A stretch of 57,837 bases of DNA, taken from Clostridiales bacterium. Lineage in GTDB: Bacteria > Bacillota > Clostridia > Lachnospirales > WRAX01. Each line of letters starts with the position of its first letter. The stretch's first letter is position 1. Positions 47,148-55,721 of this stretch are shown in pieces. A program made the translations under genes and the position numbers. The stretch is from NCBI GenBank assembly GCA_031265685.1, contig JAISCI010000116.1, positions 1 to 57,837 on the forward strand. The letters run 5' to 3'. The notes beneath the pieces are model-generated. The model did no database searches and had not been told where the DNA came from. It was given only the letters and a program-made list of their open reading frames with translations.

Positions 47148-47238
47148 TGAATTTTGCTTGGCGAATTTTGCATCGCATTATCGTTTGAACCACACGATAA
47201 TGCTTCGAACCACGCGAAATTCCATCACGCAAAATTCA
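47148..47238. repeat. Composite nested palindrome (MITE-like) of REP-family words
   Basis: GAATTTTGC...GCAAAATTC form the outer arms. GCATTATCGT...ACGATAATGC form the inner arms. The element lies between two co-directional ORFs. Confidence 0.75.
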
Positions 47239-47258
47239 TCAAGCCATCTTCTTCATCG

Positions 47259-47582
47259 TCAGCCAAAAACTTGCGTACTCTCTGAGTACGCAGCGTTTTC
47301 CGCTTCCTCGCCCGGCGGAAAATCATCGCGCAAATCCGCCGATTCCACTAATGAATACAGGTTCTCCGCGCCATCCGCGACTTTTACGGCGATGAAGATA
47401 ATCAGCGCGATAACCGCGATTATGACAACCCCGGCCATGTTCCGCTTGCTCGCTCCCGCGGTCTTACGGGCGACCGCCCGCTGAACAGCGGCGTCTATGT
47501 CCGGATCCAGTTTCGCGCCGCAGCCCGCGCAGAACTTGGACGCTTGGGCATTGTCTTTGCCGCAGAATTTACACTCTCTCAT
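47259..47582 (-). CDS. N-terminal zinc-ribbon protein with one TM helix
   Basis: The zinc ribbon is CKFCGKDNAQASKFCAGCG. The TM helix is MAGVVIIAVIALIIFIAV, followed by a short extracytoplasmic tail. Confidence 0.7.
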   Translation of the reverse strand: MRECKFCGKDNAQASKFCAGCGAKLDPDIDAAVQRAVARKTAGASKRNMAGVVIIAVIALIIFIAVKVADGAENLYSLVESADLRDDFPPGEEAENAAYSESTQVFG

Positions 47583-47594
47583 TCCGCGGCCCTC

Positions 47595-48104
47595 CTATGA
47601 AACCGCCGAGACGGTTATCTTTACGCGCGGATCCGCGGACGACGCCAGCGCCTTCAGCGTTTCCGTCAGCTCGGCCATCTCTTTAGCGTACGGACAAACG
47701 CCGTCGCTCTGCGTCCATGAGATGAAATTGAACACGGCGGCGGTGGCGCCGTTCGCCTCCGTGAACCTCATTCCCGCTTTAACGTGGGGAATAACCCCGC
47801 TCGCGTACTTGAAATCGACGACCCCGTAGGCAAAACCCAGCGTGTCTCCGTTCCGGACGCATATCCAGCCGCTTTTCCAGGCAAGCCGGGAGTTTGTCTC
47901 GGGGAAATGGTTCTTGACCCTTGTGATCAAGGCCTCCTTTCCGACCGACGACTCGAACTTCCACACCTGCCCCGTCATTTCCTTTTCGCGCCTGTAGCTG
48001 CCTCCCGATATAATCCGGTTCGCTCCGCGCCTGATCACGCGCATAACATAGTAAATAACTAAGCTCGCCGCGGCGAGTCCGGCGATGATGAGAAACTGCT
48101 GCAT
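47595..48104 (-). CDS. Single-TM protein (hypothetical), first gene of the array
   Basis: ATG at 48104 follows a GAGGGGG RBS. The N-terminal TM helix is FLIIAGLAAASLVIYYV. I recognise no family. Confidence 0.65.
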   Translation of the reverse strand: MQQFLIIAGLAAASLVIYYVMRVIRRGANRIISGGSYRREKEMTGQVWKFESSVGKEALITRVKNHFPETNSRLAWKSGWICVRNGDTLGFAYGVVDFKYASGVIPHVKAGMRFTEANGATAAVFNFISWTQSDGVCPYAKEMAELTETLKALASSADPRVKITVSAVS

Positions 48105-48140
48105 AATATGTACCCCCTCGGTCAAATCCGCCGTTCGTCT

Positions 48141-48320
48141 CAATGTAACACAATCTCCAGACTGTTACATTACCATTATATCGGGTGTCCGCGCGGTTAT
48201 CCGAGGAGGCAATCCGCCCCGCGAGGCGTCAGAATCAAATGGCGCAGGGCTGAAAAGCCGATAAATAAACAATAAAAACGCCAAAGTAACAGTCTGGAGA
48301 GCCTGTTACTTTGGCGTTTT
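48141..48320. promoter_or_regulatory. Candidate invertible promoter segment: 14-bp perfect inverted repeats flanking 117 bp that carries a TATAAT box, plus an 18-bp-stem hairpin
   Basis: The inverted repeats are CTCCAGACTGTTAC (48155-48168) and GTAACAGTCTGGAG (48286-48299). The minus-strand TATAAT (48180-48175) points into the 28-kb array. The hairpin AAAACGCCAAAGTAACAG/CTGTTACTTTGGCGTTTT (48275-48320) overlaps the right repeat. Confidence 0.4.
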
Positions 48321-48344
48321 CATACCCCAAAGGAGGATACCATT

Positions 48345-48917
48345 ATGTCAGCCGCCCAACCCATCCGCAACAAGCGTCAAGTCCGCGAACTCGCGGAATA
48401 CTATCTTAAACTCGGTGAAATCCGCAACCACGTCCTTATCGTTGTGGGCGTTCATACCGCTCTGCGTATCAGCGACCTGCTGCGTCTGACCTGGGACGAC
48501 GTTTACGACTTTACCCGCAATCGCGTCCGCGGCAGCGTAACTATCATTGAGCAAAAAACAGGTAAAAGCAAAACCATCGCGCTCAACGACCGCGTTCGTT
48601 CGGCCCTCTCTCTGTACGCGCCCATCGCCAAAAGCGGCGAATACCTCGTCAAGAGCCGCAAAGGCAGGAACAAGGCCATCAGCCGTATCCAAGCCTACCG
48701 TATCATCCGCGCCGCCGCCGAAGCCTTGGAGCTTGAGCGCGTATCCTGCCATTCACTCCGCAAGACCTTCGGCTATCACGCTTGGAAGTCCGGCGTCTCC
48801 CCCGCCGTCATAATGAAAATATACAATCACACCTCGCTCGCTGTTACCCAGCGCTATCTCGGCGTTACGCAGGACGACTTGGACGATTGCTACCGCAGAC
48901 TCGCGAACGTGATTTAG
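48345..48917 (+). CDS. Small tyrosine recombinase (catalytic domain only, 190 aa)
   Basis: The catalytic residues appear as ALRISDLLRL (Arg), HSLRKTF (HxxR) and HTSLAVTQRYL (His/Tyr). A GGAGGA RBS is present. The gene is divergent from the array and lies directly beside the inverted repeats. Confidence 0.85.
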   Translation: MSAAQPIRNKRQVRELAEYYLKLGEIRNHVLIVVGVHTALRISDLLRLTWDDVYDFTRNRVRGSVTIIEQKTGKSKTIALNDRVRSALSLYAPIAKSGEYLVKSRKGRNKAISRIQAYRIIRAAAEALELERVSCHSLRKTFGYHAWKSGVSPAVIMKIYNHTSLAVTQRYLGVTQDDLDDCYRRLANVI

Positions 48918-49328
48918 ACCATGCGGACATACCGCATTCAAACATTCGCCCTGAGAGCGAATGTCTTAAACTCGTTTGGACACGGCTTCGCCGCGGAGAC
49001 GCATACCGCCTTCACGGAGCGCCGGGCCGAGCGATGTTTCCGCGCCTGCCGCGCCGTGAAACACGGCGATATCTCCGCCCTCGAGACCATATTATTCCAC
49101 GTTTACCGTAACGCGGCCAGTCGTTCCGCATAGCCGCGATTTCCGACAGAGAACGACCTCACATTCTAATTCCTTCTAAAATATACACCAAATCCGCCGC
49201 CATGTCAATAGGCGGATCTTTATTTTCGCGGAATATTTTTGCCGCGGGTCGTTCGGCGCATCTCGGTCAGCTATATTATTTCGGAGCCGGCGCGGCATAA
49301 TTTTGCGCTCCCTTATTTTTTTTACCGC

Positions 49329-49357
49329 TTGATTCGATAAATGTAATGTGGTAATAT
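49329..49357 (+). promoter_or_regulatory. Promoter candidate (TTGATT, 17 nt, TGgTAATAT extended -10) upstream of trxA
   Basis: The hexamers are at 49329-49334 and 49352-49357, with TG at 49349-49350. Confidence 0.5.
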
Positions 49358-49418
49358 GTACGGAACGGTCGACGTATTACTTTATCGACGGAAGCGACGA
49401 TTAATGGAGGGAACGACT

Positions 49419-49739
49419 ATGGCAAAGGTTATATCCGGGTCCGAGTTTGAAACCGAGGTTCTGCGGTCCGAACTGCCCGTTATGGTCGACTTTTACGCGG
49501 AATGGTGCGGCCCCTGCAAGATGCTGGCCCCCGCCGTTGAGGAGCTTTCCCGCGAAAACGAGGGTAAAGTCAAGATCGTGAAGGTGGACATCGACCAGTC
49601 GTCGAACGTCGCCTACCAATACAACATCCGCAGCGTCCCGACGCTGATGTTCTTTAAGAACGGCGAACCGGTGGACCGCGTCATCGGCGCGGTGCCGAAA
49701 GCGGCGCTGGAGGAGAGAATAAACGTCATAAGGGGGTAA
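49419..49739 (+). CDS. trxA: Thioredoxin
   Basis: The WCGPC active site (FYAEWCGPCKMLAP) is present. The protein is 106 aa from the ATG at 49419, which follows a GGAGGGA RBS. Confidence 0.93.
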   Translation: MAKVISGSEFETEVLRSELPVMVDFYAEWCGPCKMLAPAVEELSRENEGKVKIVKVDIDQSSNVAYQYNIRSVPTLMFFKNGEPVDRVIGAVPKAALEERINVIRG

Positions 49740-49745
49740 CCTATC

Positions 49746-50156
49746 ATGCCGACAGCCATACAGCCGGTCATAGCGGCGGAGGGCGGGGCGCTCCGCTTCG
49801 GTGATTACACGGTCAAGGAAAAACAGAAGAAGGACGGGTTCGAGTTTGGCGGCGAGACGTACAGCGTCAAGACGCACGACTTGGTGACGAGGCTGGAGCG
49901 CGGCGGGATTCTTGCCGTCGAAACCGTTCCCGGGACGGCCGTGAGCGGGTATCGCGCCGACGCGGATTCGGTCGTGTTTGAAGCCGAGGGTACGGGCGAC
50001 ACGCAGATAACGCTGGGCCTTGCCCAATCCGCGACATACGAGCTTTTCTCCGACGGCGAGTCGATGGGTATGACGAAAACGAACCGCTCGGGCAAGGCGA
50101 TATTCTCCGTCGATCTGTCGGAGGGATCTAAAAAGATCGAGGCCAGACTGATCTAA
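49746..50156 (+). CDS. Hypothetical protein
   Basis: A 136-aa ORF 6 nt after trxA. I recognise no family. Confidence 0.55.
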   Translation: MPTAIQPVIAAEGGALRFGDYTVKEKQKKDGFEFGGETYSVKTHDLVTRLERGGILAVETVPGTAVSGYRADADSVVFEAEGTGDTQITLGLAQSATYELFSDGESMGMTKTNRSGKAIFSVDLSEGSKKIEARLI

Positions 50157-50289
50157 TACTGATTCTGTATCAGATTTTTAGTTGAAAAGGTCCGGCAGAA
50201 GCGGGGTTAGTTCAGCTGACCCCGCTAAAGATAATGAAGTGAAGGCGATTTTTTTGTGTGAGGAGAAAGAGGAAAAAAAGGAAAACAAG

Positions 50290-51744
50290 ATGGGCGTCGT
50301 AAACGTCCATAAACTGCTCGTCAGTATGGCCGCGCCGATGGTGCTGTCCATGCTCGTTCAGGCGCTGTACAATGTCGTGGATTCAATCTTCGTCGCCCAA
50401 CTCCCGCGCGGGGAGGAGGCGCTGACGGCAGTGTCGCTGGCTTTCCCGGCGCAGAATCTCATGATCGGCCTGGCGGTGGGCACGAGCGTCGGCGTCAACG
50501 CGTATCTCGCGCGGAACCTTGGCGCCAAAAACTATTCCGTGGTCAACCGTTCCGCCGGTAACGGCATACTGCTGTCCGTCATTTGCTTCGCGGTGTTCGC
50601 CATGTTGGGCGCGGCGTTCTCGGAGGCGTTTTTCGCCGTGCAGACTGACGTCGCGCTAATCGTAAGCTACGGAAAGGATTATCTTTCGATATGCACGATA
50701 TTCTCGCTCGGCATATTCGTCGGGATCATGTGCGAGAGGCTGCTGACGGCCACCGGCCGCACCACCCTTGCCATGGTATCCCAGATGGCTGGCGCGATCA
50801 CGAACATAATACTGGATCCGATCATGATCTTCGGCTGGTTCGGCTGTCCGGAACTCGGCGTGGCCGGCGCGGCATGGGCGACCGTCATCGGGCAGTGGGT
50901 GAACTGCGCCCTCGGGCTTACGTTTAACCTGCTGCTGAATAAGGAGATCCGTATACGTATCCGCGACCTTCGCCCGAATTTTGATATAATAAGGAATATA
51001 TACCGCGTCGGCTTCGCTACCATCGCCATGAACTCTACCGGATCGTTCATGGTGTACGCGTTCAATCAGATACTTATCGGCTTCACCGAAATCGCCGCCG
51101 CCGTATTCGGCGTATATTTCAAGCTGCAAAGCTTCGTGTTTATGCCCGTGTTCGGGCTTAACAACGCCATGACGCCTATAATAGCTTATAACTACGGCGC
51201 GCGGCGCAAGGACAGGATCATCGCGACGCTGCGGCTGGCCGTCTGCTACGCCTCGGGTATTATGCTGCTCGGCCTTGCCGTGTTCCAGATATTCCCGGAG
51301 GCGCTGCTGGGGTTCTTCAACGCGTCGCGGGACGTGATGGTCATAGGCGTGCCGGCGCTTAGGATAGTCAGTCTGCATTTTATCATCGCGGGCTTCTCGG
51401 TCATATCCATCTCGACGTTCCAGGCGCTTAACGACGGCGGCAAGAGCCTTATCGTGTCGCTGCTGCGTCAGCTCGGGCTGCTGCTGCCCGTCGCGTGGCT
51501 GCTGTCGCTCACGCGTGTGCTCGAGAGCGTCTGGTGGTCGATCCCGATCGCGGAACTCGGCTGCGCCGCGCTGACGGTTTTCTTCCTTATAAAGATATAC
51601 CGCCAGAAGATAAAGCCGCTTGGCGGCGAAACGACGACGCCTGAAACCGGCGCGTTTGAAATGTGCTCCGAAACGTGCCCTGAAGCCGGCACGTTTGACA
51701 CCGGCGCATTTGAAAAGAGAGTTTGCAATGATACTGGCGGTTGA
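50290..51744 (+). CDS. MATE-family efflux transporter
   Basis: The N-terminus LLVSMAAPMVLSMLVQALYNVVDSIFVA and 12 TM helices are typical of MATE transporters. The C-terminal ~30 aa (ETGAFE/EAGTFD/TGAFE) are translated from REP-like hairpin units. Confidence 0.9.
   Translation: MGVVNVHKLLVSMAAPMVLSMLVQALYNVVDSIFVAQLPRGEEALTAVSLAFPAQNLMIGLAVGTSVGVNAYLARNLGAKNYSVVNRSAGNGILLSVICFAVFAMLGAAFSEAFFAVQTDVALIVSYGKDYLSICTIFSLGIFVGIMCERLLTATGRTTLAMVSQMAGAITNIILDPIMIFGWFGCPELGVAGAAWATVIGQWVNCALGLTFNLLLNKEIRIRIRDLRPNFDIIRNIYRVGFATIAMNSTGSFMVYAFNQILIGFTEIAAAVFGVYFKLQSFVFMPVFGLNNAMTPIIAYNYGARRKDRIIATLRLAVCYASGIMLLGLAVFQIFPEALLGFFNASRDVMVIGVPALRIVSLHFIIAGFSVISISTFQALNDGGKSLIVSLLRQLGLLLPVAWLLSLTRVLESVWWSIPIAELGCAALTVFFLIKIYRQKIKPLGGETTTPETGAFEMCSETCPEAGTFDTGAFEKRVCNDTGG
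51628..51715. repeat. REP-like hairpin units (for example AAACGTGCC-CTGAAGCC-GGCACGTTT) overlapping the MATE 3' end
   Basis: Read directly. The architecture is the same as other REP units (stem, CTGAAsCC loop, stem), but the stem sequences differ. Confidence 0.65.
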
Positions 51745-53641
51745 CGGCATAACCAAATCATTCGGCGATGTACAGGTGCTTTCGGGCGTCAGCTTTACGC
51801 TGCGGGACGGTGAGAAAGCCGCGATCGTCGGGGTTAACGGCGCGGGCAAGACGACGCTGCTGCGCGTAATAACGGGCGAAGAGACGGCGGACTCGGGCAC
51901 GGTCAGCGCGCGCAAAGGCGCGAGCGTCGGATATCTGCGCCAGCGCGACGGTCTTGACCCGGCTTCGACGATAGAAGCCGAGCTGACGGCGGTCTTCGCG
52001 GATGTCGTCGCGGCGGAGGACCGAATGCGCGGCATTGAGCGCGATATGCACGCGCGCTCGGGCGCTGAGTACGAACGCGCCGCCGCCGAATACGACCGCC
52101 TGACGCGATATGTCGAGAGCAACCGCGGCTATGAGCGCGAGAGCCTTGTGCGCGGCGTGATCAAGGGCATGGGCTTCACGCCGGACGAGCTTGCCGGCCG
52201 GATCTCGCGTCTGTCCGGCGGGCGCAAGAGCCGCGTCGCCTTGGCCAAACTGTTGCTGACAAAGCCCGATCTGCTGCTGCTGGACGAACCTACCAATCAT
52301 CTGGACATACCGTCCGTAGAGTGGCTGGAGGACGTGTTCCTAAAAGGCTATCCGGGGACGGTGCTCATCGTGTGTCACGACAGATATTTTTTGGATAAAA
52401 CCGTTACAAAAATCATAGAAATAGAACGCGGCGTCTCGACCGCGACGGAGGGCAACTACACGCTGTTCGCCGTCCGTAAGGCCGACGCGCGGGACGCCGC
52501 CGAACGCGCGTATCAGAATCAAGCGCGCGAGCGCGGGCGTCAGGAAGCGGTCATAGCGAAGTTGCGCCAATTCAACCGTGAAAAGTCGATCAAGCGCGCG
52601 CGCAGCCGCGAGAAGGCTTTGGCGCGTCTGCCCGAGGCGATCCGACCGCAGCTGCCGCCGCGTCCCATCCGCGTCTCTCTCAAACCATCCGTCCAGTCCG
52701 GCGAGGACGTACTGTCCGTTCGGGGACTGTCGAAGTCCTTTGGAGGGCGCGTGGTTTTTTCGGGCGTATCGTTCGAGCTGAGGCGCGGAACGGTGACCGC
52801 CGTGCTGGGCGCGAACGGCGTCGGCAAGACGACCTTGGCGCGGATCATAATGGGCGAGCTGCTTCCGGACGCGGGCCGGGCGCGTTTTGGCGCGAACGTG
52901 CGCGCGGCGTATTTCGACCAGGAGCGCGAGAGGCTTTCGGACGCGAAAACGGCGCTTGCCGAGATAACCGACGCCTACCCGCGCAAGACCCAGACCGAGA
53001 TACGCTCCGCGCTGGCGGCGTTCCGCTTTACCGGCGACGACGTTTTCAAGGCAATCGGAAATCTTTCCGGCGGCGAGAAGCGGCGGCTCGCGCTCCTGAA
53101 ACTGATACTCGCGGGCGCGAATTTTATCGTGCTGGACGAGCCGACGAACCATCTGGATATGGATTCCAAGGAAGCTCTGGAGGAAGCCGTTTTGGCGTAT
53201 GAAGGCACCGTGCTGTATATCTCGCACGACAGGTATTTCATCAACGCCACCGCCGACCGCGTAATTGAGATGACGCCGGGCGGCGCGGTCGTCTACGAGG
53301 GGGATTTCGATTATTACCGAGAGAAGAAGCGCGAGGCCGAGGATGAAGCGCGGCGGGAGCGGACGGCGAAACCCGACGCCAAGCCCGCCGCGCGCCCCGG
53401 CAGAAACGCCGAAAAGAAGCGCTCCGCGCTTACACGGAAGCTGGAATCCGCGATAGCCGAAGCGGAGCGTGAGCGGGCGCGATTGGACGAGCGCCTGGCG
53501 GATCCGGCCATATACGCGGATTATCAGGCGGCGCGGGATCTGGCCGTCGAGCGGTCGGCGGCGGAGGCGCGTCTGGCGGAATTATACGAGGAATGGATGA
53601 ATATAAACGAAGAAGAGGATGATTTCTCCATCAGCCCTTAA
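51728..53641 (+). CDS. ABC-F family ATPase (two ABC domains, no TM region)
   Basis: There are two Walker A motifs (GVNGAGKTT, GANGVGKTT) and two signature motifs (LSGGRKSR, LSGGEKRR). An inter-domain linker and a charged C-terminal coiled coil are present. Confidence 0.92.
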   Translation: MILAVDGITKSFGDVQVLSGVSFTLRDGEKAAIVGVNGAGKTTLLRVITGEETADSGTVSARKGASVGYLRQRDGLDPASTIEAELTAVFADVVAAEDRMRGIERDMHARSGAEYERAAAEYDRLTRYVESNRGYERESLVRGVIKGMGFTPDELAGRISRLSGGRKSRVALAKLLLTKPDLLLLDEPTNHLDIPSVEWLEDVFLKGYPGTVLIVCHDRYFLDKTVTKIIEIERGVSTATEGNYTLFAVRKADARDAAERAYQNQARERGRQEAVIAKLRQFNREKSIKRARSREKALARLPEAIRPQLPPRPIRVSLKPSVQSGEDVLSVRGLSKSFGGRVVFSGVSFELRRGTVTAVLGANGVGKTTLARIIMGELLPDAGRARFGANVRAAYFDQERERLSDAKTALAEITDAYPRKTQTEIRSALAAFRFTGDDVFKAIGNLSGGEKRRLALLKLILAGANFIVLDEPTNHLDMDSKEALEEAVLAYEGTVLYISHDRYFINATADRVIEMTPGGAVVYEGDFDYYREKKREAEDEARRERTAKPDAKPAARPGRNAEKKRSALTRKLESAIAEAERERARLDERLADPAIYADYQAARDLAVERSAAEARLAELYEEWMNINEEEDDFSISP

Positions 53642-53676
53642 ATGAGGCGGCAGAACAGCTTATCAGCTCCCCTAAG

Positions 53677-53766
53677 AATTTTGCTCGGATGTAGTTTGCT
53701 TGGTTCGAAGCATTTTCGCTTGGTTCACGCGAAAATGCGACGCAAACTTCTGTCACGCAAAATTCA
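53677..53766. repeat. Composite nested palindrome (MITE-like) of REP-family words downstream of the ABC-F gene
   Basis: The arm pairs are GAATTTTGC...GCAAAATTC, GTAGTTTGC...GCAAACTTC and GCATTTTCGC...GCGAAAATGC. Confidence 0.75.
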
Positions 53767-54118
53767 TTGCCTTTATCATAAAAACCGCACGAAGGAATGT
53801 TAACGAAGCCGAACGATGACTTACGCAGGAGGTGTGATAGGGTGAGTTTTGTGATAAGCGTCAGCTAATGTTAAAGCAAAACCGGGCGACTAGGGCGTTG
53901 CGGCTAAAACCGCGCCGCAACGCTGTCATTAATTATGGCGTGTAAGCTTCCGCGCCGTCAATGTCGGGTAGTATTTTCCGCAAAGAGCGCGGGAAATCTC
54001 CACCCTTCTATTAATCGTGTCTGATTACGCCATGACTGATGAAAAATAAACTTAAATCGTGCGAAATCACGAGATAATTGGAGCTTTGGCTTCAAAATAA
54101 GAGATAGGAGGAAAAAGA

Positions 54119-54685
54119 ATGAAGAAAGTATTGGCGGTCAACGGCAGCCCGCGCGCCGACGGCAACACGGCGCATATGCTGGCGGCGGTACTGGAAGTGT
54201 GCGGGGCGGCGGGGTTTGACACCGAGATATATCAGGCCGGCGGGCGGGCGGTCCGCGGATGCGTCTCCTGCGGAGGTTGCCAGCGCCACAAAGGACGCTG
54301 CGCGATCGACGACTGGATGAATGAGCTGTACCCCAAGACGGCGTCGGCGGACGCGATTGTGATCGGAACGCCTACTTATTTTGCCGACCTGACGCCGGAG
54401 GTTAAGGCGATTATTGACAGAATAGGCTATGTTTCCCGGCAGGATGGTATGCGCCTGAGCCGCAAAGTCGGAGCGGGCGTGTGCGCCGTCCGCCGGGCGG
54501 GCAGTATCCACGCGCTGGATTCGATTAACCATTTCTTCCTTATTAATGATATGGTTGTTCCAGGCAGTTATTATTGGAACATGAGCCTCGCCCGCGTCCC
54601 CGGCGATTACGAGCGGGACGGCGAGGGCGCCGAGACGATGCGCCGGCTTGGGGAGAACATCGTTTGGCTGCTGGAAAAGCTGTAA
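54119..54685 (+). CDS. Flavodoxin-like / NADPH-dependent FMN reductase family protein (iron-sulfur flavoprotein-like)
   Basis: The motifs are MKKVLAVNGSPRADGNT, a Cys cluster CVSCGGC and ADAIVIGTPTYFADL. A GGAGGA RBS is present. The long minus-strand ORF 54092-54784 is its shadow. Confidence 0.85.
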   Translation: MKKVLAVNGSPRADGNTAHMLAAVLEVCGAAGFDTEIYQAGGRAVRGCVSCGGCQRHKGRCAIDDWMNELYPKTASADAIVIGTPTYFADLTPEVKAIIDRIGYVSRQDGMRLSRKVGAGVCAVRRAGSIHALDSINHFFLINDMVVPGSYYWNMSLARVPGDYERDGEGAETMRRLGENIVWLLEKL

Positions 54686-54930
54686 TACTAATTCCGAGAG
54701 TATTGCGCAAAAGTCATACCATGATATAAAGGACACGCGGGTGCGCCGGGTCGGCGCGGTAATATGGTTGGGCGGAGACCCCAACTAGATAAAGTTTAGC
54801 GAACAGCCGATACCAAGCCTTGGGGCCGAAGCCGCGAGGTCAGGTTTCAGTTCGATTGTGAGATTCGGAACAGTGACAAAGAGAACGTTTTTTCTGGTCA
54901 TACAGGTCGCTGTGTCCAGAACCGTGGCAA

Positions 54931-54975
54931 TGCGAAATTCGTCCATGCGAAAATGCTTCGAACAACACAAAATTC
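54931..54975. repeat. Half-copy of the REP-family composite element
   Basis: GCGAAATTCGTCCATGCGAAAATGCTTCGAAC...CAAAATTCC shares words with the copies at 55258-55370 and 57011-57035. Confidence 0.6.
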
Positions 54976-55257
54976 CTTATGTGTCCTACCGGCGCCCGGT
55001 GTGCCGATCAGGATAATGTTCTCTTGTTTGTCAATAAACCGCCTCGTTTCCAATTGTTGAAATTTCGACGCAAACGTGGGCTCATACTCGCTCCGCTAGA
55101 AATCTATCAGATATTTCTTTATCGGGAATCGATGCGCCGCTCGAGTTCGCCGGCTAGCAGCGCCGCCAAGAAATCCGCGCAGTCCTGGCAGGTGTGCCGA
55201 GCCTCGTGAGCCAGCGTTTCGGCGTTATCCCGTATGTATGTCAGCTTCAGAACCGAC

Positions 55258-55370
55258 AGAATTTTGCTTGGGCGAAGTTTGCGTCGCGTTTTCGCATCGC
55301 GTTTTCGCGTGATGGAAGTTCGCTTGAACCGCGCGAACTTCGTCCAAGCGAAAATGCGATGCGAAAATTC
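55258..55370. repeat. Composite nested palindrome (MITE-like) of REP-family words
   Basis: The arm pairs are GAATTTTGC...GCGAAAATTC, GAAGTTTGCG...CGCGAACTTC and GCGTTTTCGC/GCGAAAATGC. Confidence 0.75.
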
Positions 55371-55721
55371 CACCCGGCTGCAAAACGTCCTGAAGAACAC
55401 CAACTGACAGGAAGCGAAAAGGCGAAGAATCCCGCAGTACAGCCATTCTGAAACGATTGCGGACATTTTGACATATACACTGGAGATGTATAAAGAGCAT
55501 ATTTATACATTTTGCCTCGATCGGCTCCTCGGATGGATTTCTAAATTTCGGCGTTTAGAAAATTTAGTTTCGGCCAAAGAAGTTTAGGAGAAGTTCATAA
55601 ATGCCATCAAGCGGCGTAATACTGCCATCTTAAGTTTCAGGAGAATGAATTATTAACACACGTATATATTAGACCTGTCCTAAAGCCTTGGCAAACCGTG
55701 CAGAATAGTGTATAAAGCGGC

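Noticed and set aside
50656-52122. A 488-aa minus-strand ORF spanning the MATE/ABC-F junction
   Set aside because: It is antisense to two well-supported genes, its composition is Arg-rich, and it has no recognisable motifs.
53770-54118. Riboswitch or small RNA in the 350-nt region upstream of the flavoprotein gene, and a structured leader at about 3497-3650 upstream of tig
   Set aside because: Hairpins are present (for example GCGTTGCGGC...GCCGCAACGC at about 53906-53934). I could not match them to any riboswitch or ncRNA consensus I know. A covariance-model scan would be needed.
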